The translations under genes were made by a program, and so were the position numbers. This document shows positions 6,628 to 14,809 of a stretch of DNA of 33,856 nt, in pieces (within the stretch, counting starts at the first letter, position 1; each line of letters opens with the position of its first letter). Origin of the DNA: a virus. Lineage: Duplodnaviria > Caudoviricetes. Below the pieces are notes generated by a model. The model was not told where the DNA came from. It searched no databases and worked only from the letters and a program-made list of their open reading frames with translations. The stretch spans positions 1 through 33,856 of IMG/VR virus record IMGVR_UViG_3300020044_004600; one strand, written 5' to 3'.

Positions 6628-8391
6628 TCATGAATTCACATAGAAAGAAACACCATCAAGACCGATCTGGTCTGCGAATGGAGCTGTACCAGTCAGGACA
6701 ATTCCGCCAGTAGGATATACAGACAATTGCAGTGTTGAACCGGGAGCTGCAACGCTCGGAACTGAGAAGTTCAGCACGTTTGTTGGCCTAAAACCGACAG
6801 GTAAATTTGCAATATTTACGTCTGTCGCGGCTAAACCGTCAACAACTCCACGCAGGAAGACAATGCCGTCTTTGTTCTGGAAGTAACTTGCATTGGCAAA
6901 CGGCGCACCTTCATTGGTGAATCCATTTTGCAATGTAAGGTTTGTCCAGCCTTGTGAGGTAGGACGCAACCATTGACCATTTACTGGATCGTAAACGGTA
7001 CAACCCTCAAGATCAGTCGGCAAACCTGTAACGTAGTCTGTAAAACCAGCAGGCAACGCGCCAACAACTGTGTCATTCAGGAACGCACGAACTTTGGTGC
7101 CACCAAGGCTGTAAATCGTTCCAAGCGGTGTTCCGCCACGAGAAATGAAGTTGTTGCCTTGCCCTGTAATGTTGCAACCATCTACGCTGTCCGTCCAGAA
7201 CATGCGGAAGATGCCGGGTGTGAACACCGTACAGCCGATAAAACTGCACGGATACACTTCCGTACCGTTCGTGTAAATGACGGTTCCGTTGTCATAGAAA
7301 CCAGTGGCGCTGGTAATTCCAGATTGACACGCAGTCGTAGTACCTTGCTCGACGTATGTTCCGATCAAGTTGGCACAAACGGCACGGCCCGAAGCTGAAG
7401 TAATCGCTTTGTCCGCAAACAACTCAATGCTGCCGCCGACGAACGTGATTGGCCCTTCACCAGAAACAACCTCAATTCCTCGCTCAAAGTTGCTCCAAGA
7501 GCAACCGAAAAACGCGAAGTTGTTTTGGTCGTATCCGTTAAACAAAAACTTGCTGTAACGGAAAAACGAATTGAAGTGCTTGTGGTAATAACCGCCTTGC
7601 CACTCGCTGACCGTGTACCAGAAAATGAAGTCGGCGTTCAGGGAATAGCTGTTGTTATTGGCCTTGTATGCAATGCTGCCAACTTGTGCGATCGGGCCTG
7701 AGGTAGTTCCATCACCTGCAACGATGATTTCCTCAAACGCAAGCACATCACCAGCAGTTTGATCAATGAACACAGAATTGCCTGTGTATTTCAAAATGGT
7801 GGTTTGCTTGCCATCGCCGCGCAGAATTACGTTCTTGTCTGTCGTGACGCCTGATGCGCAGGTGTATGGGCCTGAGCCTGGAAAATAAATTACGCCGCCC
7901 AAAGTGCCAAGTGAGTCAAGCGCGGCTTGAAAAGCAGTCGTCCAGTCTCCGGCAATTGCGGCTGCATTGTTGAAGTCGAGAATACTCACAACGTCTCGCA
8001 TTTTGCTCTGAGCAGAACGCACGACTGCACCTGCTCCAGCAGCCAAGAAGTCAACATTTGCAGAATTGATGCTGGTGATTACGCTGTCGTTGTAACGCTC
8101 AGTTGCTGCTGGTGCGCTGTAGACCGTGCTGCCGTTGCGGTTCATCACTCGGATGCTGTAGTCGCTGTTGACGTACAGGCGTGCAGGAGTTCCGTTATTG
8201 GACGGATATCCGTTAAGCGTGCGAATAGGCTGAGCAGCCGTAATTGTCAGAGCAGCATCAAAGTAGACGTTAATCGGATTGACTTGAGGGTCAAGATTTG
8301 TCTGGCCGATCCAGATGTAGCCGTCTTCCAGCGGCTGCCCATCCGTCTCTGTAAAGATCGGGTAAGTGGGCTGAATGCTGAGTGCGGACAT
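6628..8391 (-). CDS. Tailspike: P22-type head-binding domain, beta-helix depolymerase-like body, C-terminal beta domain
   Basis: FTETDGQPLEDGYIWIG...QPIRT head-binding pattern; VSILDF...DWTTAFQAALD...GGVIYFP; lower GC. Confidence 0.9.
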   Translation of the reverse strand: MSALSIQPTYPIFTETDGQPLEDGYIWIGQTNLDPQVNPINVYFDAALTITAAQPIRTLNGYPSNNGTPARLYVNSDYSIRVMNRNGSTVYSAPAATERYNDSVITSINSANVDFLAAGAGAVVRSAQSKMRDVVSILDFNNAAAIAGDWTTAFQAALDSLGTLGGVIYFPGSGPYTCASGVTTDKNVILRGDGKQTTILKYTGNSVFIDQTAGDVLAFEEIIVAGDGTTSGPIAQVGSIAYKANNNSYSLNADFIFWYTVSEWQGGYYHKHFNSFFRYSKFLFNGYDQNNFAFFGCSWSNFERGIEVVSGEGPITFVGGSIELFADKAITSASGRAVCANLIGTYVEQGTTTACQSGITSATGFYDNGTVIYTNGTEVYPCSFIGCTVFTPGIFRMFWTDSVDGCNITGQGNNFISRGGTPLGTIYSLGGTKVRAFLNDTVVGALPAGFTDYVTGLPTDLEGCTVYDPVNGQWLRPTSQGWTNLTLQNGFTNEGAPFANASYFQNKDGIVFLRGVVDGLAATDVNIANLPVGFRPTNVLNFSVPSVAAPGSTLQLSVYPTGGIVLTGTAPFADQIGLDGVSFYVNS

Positions 8392-8501
8392 TACTGGTTC
8401 TCCTGGTCAAATTGGCGTCCTGTCTGGACAGCGGATTGCAGCCACTGCACTCTCGCGTCCAGGGATTGTGGCAGCTTTGCTGCGTTTGCGAAATGGGTCA
8501 T
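8391..8501 (-). other. 36-aa coupled ORF, small gene or relic ejection-protein C-terminus
   Basis: MTHFANAAKLPQSLDARVQWLQSAVQTGRQFDQENQ; ATGA and TAATG overlaps; carries the tailspike RBS. Confidence 0.4.
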
Positions 8502-10519
8502 TCCATGGCCTCCTGTGTTTTTGATTGGATGGCCTCGCTCTGGGTTTCAATCGTAGCAAGCAGACGTTTCACGATGGCAGCCTCTTCGGCCGAACCTCGT
8601 TTGGCTGTCCCAAGTTGCATCATCAAATTCCGAACCGGTGCTGATTCGTAGACGCGAGCAGCCAGGCCAATGCCGCCAGCAGCAGCCAGCGTGCCTCCAA
8701 AGCTGCCCAAGAAGCTCTGCAAGGCACTTCCAGCCACAAATGGCACTGCTTCCTGTCCTGTTGGTGTTGCCACGCCTGCCTCTCCTGCCCTGCGGGTCAG
8801 ATTAAGCACTCGGGACAAGCCTTCGACTTGCTTCAAGTCGTCACCACGGAAAAAGACGCCAATTTGTGGCTGCAAGCGTTTGATCTCTGCGCTGAACTTT
8901 TCAGGACTGAACATCTTGGTTCCGTCTTGAAGTTCAAACTTGGCTTTGTCGGCAGCTTGAGCCAAGATTGATGCGCGTGCATTGGCCCGGCCTGCTGGTG
9001 TCAATCCACTGTAAAGCTGGCGAATCTCGCTTGGTTTTTGGCCAAACAAAAGTCGATTCACAACCTCCGGTGTTTGTTCTCCAGACTTGAGAACAGACTT
9101 GAGAGAGGCCATCTTTAACTCGTTTGCAGTTTCGTTCAGGCGCTTATTGGCGACCATGAATTTATCAACATCACGGCGCTCGCCAGTTTTCTTGATGAAG
9201 TCAATCATGTCTTCACGAACAGGCCCGTAAATCGCACGCATCGCCTTTTCACCAGCATCACGCGCTGCAATACTCATTGGTCGAGCCGGGTCATCCATAA
9301 AAATCTTGGCCAACTCATCTTGGCGATAGGCTTCTATTTGGAATAGGTCACGATCCTGCACATCTGTTTTGATTTGTTGCAGTCGTTGAATTGCCTCGTC
9401 TGAACCTTCAGTACGTCGTCTGGTCAAGTCGGCAATTTGATCGTCAATGGCCGCCAATGCGCGAGGCACAGGAACAGTGCCTTTATCTGCCAAGCGATTG
9501 ATGACTTCCTTTTTCGAGTTGGCATATTTCTGGATTTCAGCAGATCTTTTCGTGGCCAAGTCCTTCATGATGTCATCGCTGAGGTTGGCCGCATCGTCTG
9601 CACCAAAGTCACGCAAGACATTTCGCACAGCATCAATCCGAGCTTGTTGCTGTTCAGCACGCAGTGGGCCAGTTCCAGCAATTGGTATGCGCTCACCAAG
9701 GCGTTGCGCTGCTTTTCCAATAAAGGTTTCTGGAGGAACTACGTCAGACGTCATGACTGGGACACCGCGACGACCTGCTTCCTCAACGATTGGCTGAACC
9801 TTGGGGGCTGTAGCTGGTGCACGTGCTGGAGCCATTGCACGGGCCGCTGCTGCGCCGCCAGCGACACCACCCAGAAGGCTGGCAGCGATCTCACCGCCAG
9901 GCGTTCCACCGGCTTCGCGGACGGCCTGTCCTGCTGCTCCTGCTCCTGCTCCGCCAGCCATTTGTGCAACCGGCTGAGCGGCCAGCAGCCTACCAACTTC
10001 ACGGGTCACTGGAGCTGCGGCTGTTTGCGCAACCCGACCAGCTGCTGCCATGCCGCCAGCACCTGACACGCCTTGAATGGCCTGATTGACCATGCGTTCA
10101 ACAGCGTCGCGTGGCTGCGGGAAGCCTGCGGCATCCAATACTTGAGCCGTGGCTTGCTGCATGGTTGGAATCTGTGCAGTGCCAGGCAGCGCAATGTTGG
10201 CAAGTCTTGTTACTGGGTCGATCACGATGCCAGCCAGACCTGTCACACCTTCGATTGCGCCACGGCCAGTCAGGCCAACTTGTCGGCCAAGCTCTTGCAA
10301 AACACCTGGTTGCTGAGGCTGTTCTGCTTGCGCTGCTGCTGCCTCTGGGAATCTAACATCAACTGCGACGTTTTGACCTGCGGCTGTTTGCACGTTGAAG
10401 GTCTGACGCTGCGAATAAGCAGCTTGCGCGGCCTGTCCGATCTGTGCATCGGTGGCATTGTCTGGGCCTTCCAGCTCAATGATGCTGCCGTCTGGTGCTT
10501 CGACTTTGTAGATAGCCAT
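8498..10519 (-). CDS. DNA ejection protein (P22 gp16-like position)
   Basis: 673 aa, Ala/Gly-rich, third gene of the ejection module. Confidence 0.75.
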   Translation of the reverse strand: MAIYKVEAPDGSIIELEGPDNATDAQIGQAAQAAYSQRQTFNVQTAAGQNVAVDVRFPEAAAAQAEQPQQPGVLQELGRQVGLTGRGAIEGVTGLAGIVIDPVTRLANIALPGTAQIPTMQQATAQVLDAAGFPQPRDAVERMVNQAIQGVSGAGGMAAAGRVAQTAAAPVTREVGRLLAAQPVAQMAGGAGAGAAGQAVREAGGTPGGEIAASLLGGVAGGAAAARAMAPARAPATAPKVQPIVEEAGRRGVPVMTSDVVPPETFIGKAAQRLGERIPIAGTGPLRAEQQQARIDAVRNVLRDFGADDAANLSDDIMKDLATKRSAEIQKYANSKKEVINRLADKGTVPVPRALAAIDDQIADLTRRRTEGSDEAIQRLQQIKTDVQDRDLFQIEAYRQDELAKIFMDDPARPMSIAARDAGEKAMRAIYGPVREDMIDFIKKTGERRDVDKFMVANKRLNETANELKMASLKSVLKSGEQTPEVVNRLLFGQKPSEIRQLYSGLTPAGRANARASILAQAADKAKFELQDGTKMFSPEKFSAEIKRLQPQIGVFFRGDDLKQVEGLSRVLNLTRRAGEAGVATPTGQEAVPFVAGSALQSFLGSFGGTLAAAGGIGLAARVYESAPVRNLMMQLGTAKRGSAEEAAIVKRLLATIETQSEAIQSKTQEAME

Positions 10520-10528
10520 GTGTTGACC

Positions 10529-11893
10529 TTATCGAATCACGCGAAAGCCTGGAGGCATGCCGGGGACGGCTGCGGCAGGCGCTGCCGGTGCTGGAGCCGC
10601 CTGAGCTGGTGCTGGAGGCGGAGCTTCTTGTGTAGCCAGTGGCTGCATGTTTTCCAAGAACATTTGTGCCGTTGGGCTTTGCTTGGCCGCCGACTCCAAA
10701 AGTTTTCGGCTTTGGTTGTACTGGGCTTTTGCTGCACGATCAGCGACACCAAAGATGGTTTTTAGTTCGCCCTTTGTAAAGTCTATGTCGCCACTTCGCG
10801 CTTTAAGCAGCAGCTTTTGCTCGCCCTCTGTGATCTGGCCTTGGCCAGTCAACATGGTGCGAGACTTCAAAGCCATTTCAGACAAGCCTTGAATCACCTC
10901 ACGGGTGGCGTTTACAGCTTTGTCACCAGTAAATCCTAAGGCGTTGGCAACGCGTGCAGTCGTAAGCCTTTGCTCGGCAAATGGGCCTGTGATTGCGTTG
11001 TCCAACGCGGCCTGGTAGCGCGGAAGATCGCTGAGTTGTGTTGCAGCTGAGTTTGCCTGGTTGTAAAGGTCAGGAACCAACTTGCCAAGCTCTGCCGCAG
11101 CCAATTTGTCGATGTTTTGCACATTGACGTTGGTAACCGCTGCTGGTGGCTTTTTAAGGATTTGCAAAGCCTGAAATGTTTTTTGCTGCTCTGGTTGCAA
11201 GTTTGCAAAGTCGATGGATTCGCGCACAGATGGTGCAAGGGTTTCGGCTTTTGTTTTTGCCAATTCTGCAACAGCCATTGGCCGTGCAAATTCAGCCTTC
11301 ACACCTGCTTCCAGCGCTTTTGCTTCAAGCTCTGCCAACTCCAATGGAGCCTTGACTGTTTTTCTACGCTCTTCCCTTGCGTCTCTTATGCCTTGATACC
11401 AGTCTTTTCCAAAAGTCGCGGCTCCTGTTAACTCGATCAACTCCGCTGCTTTTTGTGGATTGATATCGATAGTCTTGATGTAAGCCTCAAGCGCACGTTT
11501 CTGGTTTGGGTCTGTTTCTGCTTCAAAGGCCTCTTGCAGCATGGTTTTGGCAACTGGCGGGTCTGACTCCAATGCCAAAAGTGTCTGGGCAGAAAATCGC
11601 TTTGCTGTGTCCAGTTTGCGTTTTTCCATGCCTTCGCCAACCTTGGTCAAAGCCTCGAATTGCTGCTTATCGGCAAAAGGCAGGAGCTTTTCCAAGTCTT
11701 CATATGTACGGTTTGGATTCTTGAAGAACGTGTTTAATCCGGTTTGGAATTGCTGCTTTTGCTCGCGTGCCTGGGCCTGCGCTTGCATTTCAGCGCCAGC
11801 CGCTCCGATTTTGAATCCGCTTAGTGCCGCCTCAAAAGGGCTTTGCACATCAACTGCATAGTTGATCGGGCCTTGGAATGGATTGATTGCCAT
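10529..11893 (-). CDS. DNA ejection protein (P22 gp20-like position)
   Basis: 454 aa helical protein between gp7-like and gp16-like genes; Pro/Ala tail. Confidence 0.7.
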   Translation of the reverse strand: MAINPFQGPINYAVDVQSPFEAALSGFKIGAAGAEMQAQAQAREQKQQFQTGLNTFFKNPNRTYEDLEKLLPFADKQQFEALTKVGEGMEKRKLDTAKRFSAQTLLALESDPPVAKTMLQEAFEAETDPNQKRALEAYIKTIDINPQKAAELIELTGAATFGKDWYQGIRDAREERRKTVKAPLELAELEAKALEAGVKAEFARPMAVAELAKTKAETLAPSVRESIDFANLQPEQQKTFQALQILKKPPAAVTNVNVQNIDKLAAAELGKLVPDLYNQANSAATQLSDLPRYQAALDNAITGPFAEQRLTTARVANALGFTGDKAVNATREVIQGLSEMALKSRTMLTGQGQITEGEQKLLLKARSGDIDFTKGELKTIFGVADRAAKAQYNQSRKLLESAAKQSPTAQMFLENMQPLATQEAPPPAPAQAAPAPAAPAAAVPGMPPGFRVIR

Positions 11894-11897
11894 GTTT

Positions 11898-12752
11898 TTA
11901 AACCTTGCTGTAGTCGACCATGAGGTAGCCGTCAGATTCTGAAACAGCGCCTGGGTAGATGGTCTGGACTTCCTGAGCCATCAGGCCGATCTGACGGCCA
12001 CCGCCCCAGATGTAATCGAATTCGTAGACGTTCAAGCCATCGGGTCGTGTGCTGATCTGCTTGATGTTTTTCTTTAGGCGACGGTCACTGAAAAGATTGC
12101 CAAAACCTGGCGTGCCTACCGAGCCGCCTCGGCCTGCGCCGTACTGCATCCCAAGGAACTGCGCTGGCATGTTCAGGACTTGGCCATAGGCTTTGGCTTG
12201 GCCAAGCTCGCCGCCTGCAAGTGCTGCACCTTGTTGGCCCAAAAGATTTGCAATGTTGGTGCCAGTCTCCATGCCAGCAGCACCGACACCTGCGGCAGAT
12301 TGCTGGCCAAGTGTGGTCATGCCACCCAGTCGGCTGTACTGCTGCTCAATGGCTTGATTGAGCAATGCAGGCCTAAATTGCGCCAATGCTGCCTGGACGT
12401 TGCCGCCACGCAGGCCACCTGTGGCCGATGCACGTTGCAGCAATGCCTCTTCACCTTGTCGCACGGCCTCTTGGAATCCAACGCCACCTTGGATGCGCTC
12501 AATGGCCGCACGCTCGGCATCTGGGCCACGCAGGCCCAAAAATGCCTGCTGCTGCTCCAGTGCTGGCAGTCCTGCTTCTGTGTAGGGCTTCAACAAGGCT
12601 TGCAGTGCGTCGAATTGCCTGCGTTGCTCTGAAATGCCTTGGCCTGCTGCGCCAGCTTGGATGTTGGCTGCGTCTTCTGCTGCGTCGGCCTGCATGATGC
12701 CGCCAACGACTTGTGTTCCGCCCACAACTAGGGCCGTTACTGGATCAGGCAT
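11898..12752 (-). CDS. P22 gp7-like ejection protein with C-terminal peptidase S74 chaperone domain
   Basis: Q..LKPY.EAG...ASATGGLRGGN gp7-like pattern; SDRRLKKNI...IGLMAQEV...VDYSKV. Confidence 0.85.
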   Translation of the reverse strand: MPDPVTALVVGGTQVVGGIMQADAAEDAANIQAGAAGQGISEQRRQFDALQALLKPYTEAGLPALEQQQAFLGLRGPDAERAAIERIQGGVGFQEAVRQGEEALLQRASATGGLRGGNVQAALAQFRPALLNQAIEQQYSRLGGMTTLGQQSAAGVGAAGMETGTNIANLLGQQGAALAGGELGQAKAYGQVLNMPAQFLGMQYGAGRGGSVGTPGFGNLFSDRRLKKNIKQISTRPDGLNVYEFDYIWGGGRQIGLMAQEVQTIYPGAVSESDGYLMVDYSKV

Positions 12753-13194
12753 TGCCAAACTCCTTCATGTAGTCTTCAAATTTCTCGCCATAAAGATTCA
12801 TGACAAGTTGCGCGTTTTTAGTGGCGAATCCAGGGCCATGCGTGATTGATACGGCCATCAAGATCAGGTCGTAAAAGCCTGCACGCCAGACGAATGATCT
12901 GGCATCGGCTTGGCCTGCGTGTTCTGCTTGGTCGGATGCTTGCCACTTCAGGATGGCTGTGGCCAAGAGCGGCACAAGATGGTGGCTGTTGGCAATGAAG
13001 AACGGATTTTGATGGATGCCAACCAGTGTGTTCCAAATGGCTGCATTCAGGTCTTTGCGCTCAACCGTGTCGCCGTCAGCAACATCGTCAAACACCTGAA
13101 TGGCCTCGTAGACCATGACAAGCCATTCCACGACTGGCGCAGGCAACAGAAAAACCCTTTGCAGGTTTTCTTTGAGCCAATCGATACCAGTCAT
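12745..13194 (-). CDS. DDxxD-motif helical protein (isoprenoid synthase-like fold suspected)
   Basis: QVFDDVADGD; AGGAG RBS; stop overlaps the gp7-like start. Confidence 0.7.
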   Translation of the reverse strand: MTGIDWLKENLQRVFLLPAPVVEWLVMVYEAIQVFDDVADGDTVERKDLNAAIWNTLVGIHQNPFFIANSHHLVPLLATAILKWQASDQAEHAGQADARSFVWRAGFYDLILMAVSITHGPGFATKNAQLVMNLYGEKFEDYMKEFGNA

Positions 13195-13257
13195 GCGCAA
13201 CTCCTATTACGGGTGAGCTGCTGGTGGCCCGGACGACTCAGCGCTTTTATTGTCCCA
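13195..13257 (-). promoter_or_regulatory. Putative promoter and structured leader of the ejection operon
   Basis: TGgGACAAT extended -10; GCAGCTC pairs with GAGTTGC over the RBS. Confidence 0.45.
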
Positions 13258-13264
13258 CAATCAC

Positions 13265-13292
13265 TGGACTTTGCAAACACGGCCTGTAAAAT
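13265..13292 (+). promoter_or_regulatory. Putative sigma70 promoter of the HNH-AP2 gene
   Basis: TGGACT-16-TAAAAT; predicted start ~13299, at the structured element. Confidence 0.5.
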
Positions 13293-13298
13293 TGCATG

Positions 13299-13343
13299 GC
13301 AGCTTACTCGACGGGGGACAGGCGATTCATCACCGCTTGCTGC
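13299..13343 (+). ncRNA. Three-stem leader RNA (C4/CI-like architecture), copy A
   Basis: GCAG..CTGC closing stem; CAGGCG-ATTCATCAC-CGCTTG hairpin; loop complementary to TGATG at 13350 and 13366. Confidence 0.6.
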
Positions 13344-13379
13344 AACTTTTGATGGTTTTCCACTCTGATGAGGTGCGAC

Positions 13380-13859
13380 ATGATCACACAAAACCGCCTG
13401 CGCGAGCTTGCGCATTACTGCCCAGAAACCGGACAATTCACCCACTTGCAGTCCAAAGGACGGAAAAAATCCGGAATGCCTGCCGGGTCGATTCGCCGCG
13501 ATGGCTACGTCTACGTCATGTTTGACGGCTTCCGTGGCATGGCGCACCAGTTCGCATGGTTGTACGTGACAGGCGAATGGCCGACGCAAGAGATTGACCA
13601 CATGGACGGCAACAAGGCCAACAATGCCTTTGCCAACCTGCGCCAGGTCAGCAGGCGTACGAACACCGAGAACAAGCACACGGCCAAGCGCACCAGCACG
13701 ACTGGGTTGCTTGGCGTGATAAGGCATCCACGTGGGTTTGTGGCTCGCATCGTCAGCAAAGGCAGGCGCACCTATCTGGGCATCTTTGAGACGCCAGAGG
13801 CCGCGCATGAAGCCTACTTGCAGGCAAAGCGAGAGTTGCATCAAGGCTGCACCATTTAG
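13380..13859 (+). CDS. HNH-AP2 homing endonuclease, antisense to the late operon
   Basis: AHQFAWLYVTGEWP..EIDHMDGNKANNAFANLR; AP2 GV...ARI...YLGIFETPEAAHEAY; GAGG RBS. Confidence 0.92.
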   Translation: MITQNRLRELAHYCPETGQFTHLQSKGRKKSGMPAGSIRRDGYVYVMFDGFRGMAHQFAWLYVTGEWPTQEIDHMDGNKANNAFANLRQVSRRTNTENKHTAKRTSTTGLLGVIRHPRGFVARIVSKGRRTYLGIFETPEAAHEAYLQAKRELHQGCTI

Positions 13860-14254
13860 TCTTCGTTGTATTCCCGTTCTTCCCATGCCTGGCATGACCT
13901 CATGTCATGGCAAATGAAGTCGAACTTGTGGCAATAACCTCGGTATCCTGCATTCACATCCCACTGATTCCATGGGATGCGATCCATTTTTGCTTGCATC
14001 AATGGCGTCGCTTCGAAATACTCGCAGTTTGAGCAGCGACGACGACGGGCCTCTTTCTCGTCCACCTGCATGGCCTTGCCAAGTGCCACCCAATAGACCT
14101 TGTTGGCCGTTGGCTCGTTGCTTGGGTTCTCGGGGCCGAGCATCCAGTCATCGATCACCACCTGGGTGTTCTTCTTGTTCTCGGCAGCCGTGATGAACGG
14201 CATGGATTCAGGCAGGCCGGTGAAGCCAGCCATCATGATCTTTGGCATTTCCAT
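13856..14254 (-). CDS. Cys-rich protein with HiPIP-like cysteine pattern
   Basis: CSNCEYF...GYCHKFDFICHDMRSCQAW; AAGGAG RBS. Confidence 0.7.
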   Translation of the reverse strand: MEMPKIMMAGFTGLPESMPFITAAENKKNTQVVIDDWMLGPENPSNEPTANKVYWVALGKAMQVDEKEARRRRCSNCEYFEATPLMQAKMDRIPWNQWDVNAGYRGYCHKFDFICHDMRSCQAWEEREYNED

Positions 14255-14264
14255 GGTGGTCTCC

Positions 14265-14597
14265 TTAAGTGATTTCACGGCCAGAGGCTCGGATGGTCAG
14301 GGCAGTGGCTGTGCCAGTGGTCGAGATGAACCCACCATTGGCCAGCACTTGGCCAACCAGCTCTGGGAATGTGTAAGTCTCATCTGGTGCGATTGCTCGG
14401 CTGTCCACGATCAGGTTGGTCGCGCCTGCGCTTCCGCCGACACTCACCAAGTTGACGCTGATCACCGCATTGCTGGCGCTGGTGTTCGTGGCCGTGAATT
14501 TATCGATGATGGCCGTGCAGTTGGTCGCGGTGTATTGCGTGGTCTGCGCGGCCTCCATCTGCTTGGAGCCAATAAGGGGTTTTGCTGTGACTGCCAT
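14265..14597 (-). CDS. Small beta-rich virion/tail protein
   Basis: Thr/Ala-rich, ends LTIRASGREIT, AAGGA RBS, in the tail module. Confidence 0.75.
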   Translation of the reverse strand: MAVTAKPLIGSKQMEAAQTTQYTATNCTAIIDKFTATNTSASNAVISVNLVSVGGSAGATNLIVDSRAIAPDETYTFPELVGQVLANGGFISTTGTATALTIRASGREIT

Positions 14598-14608
14598 GGT
14601 TTTTCCTT

Positions 14609-14809
14609 TCAAATGCTTGTCGATGTAGATTTGAGACCATTCAAGTCATCAATGTTTGGCATTGGAATTGATGGGTGTTGCCATTTTGAAATGAACGCAC
14701 CATTTCCATCTGAGTTATCTTGCAAAGAGATCACGCCGCCGATCAGATCGAAGTCAGAATCTTTTAATTCTGGATGCAGAAATCGTATTTTTTCATAAAG
14801 CGTCATCAT
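14609..14809 (-). CDS. XkdW-like tail fibre accessory protein
   Basis: LYEKI...P.L...DF...LQDNSDGNGAFISKW.HP...P, right after the fibre gene. Confidence 0.7.
   Translation of the reverse strand: MMTLYEKIRFLHPELKDSDFDLIGGVISLQDNSDGNGAFISKWQHPSIPMPNIDDLNGLKSTSTSI

Noticed and set aside
13299-13343. tRNA or self-cleaving ribozyme reading of the structured leaders
   Set aside because: About 45 nt, no T-loop, anticodon arm or CCA; no hammerhead core
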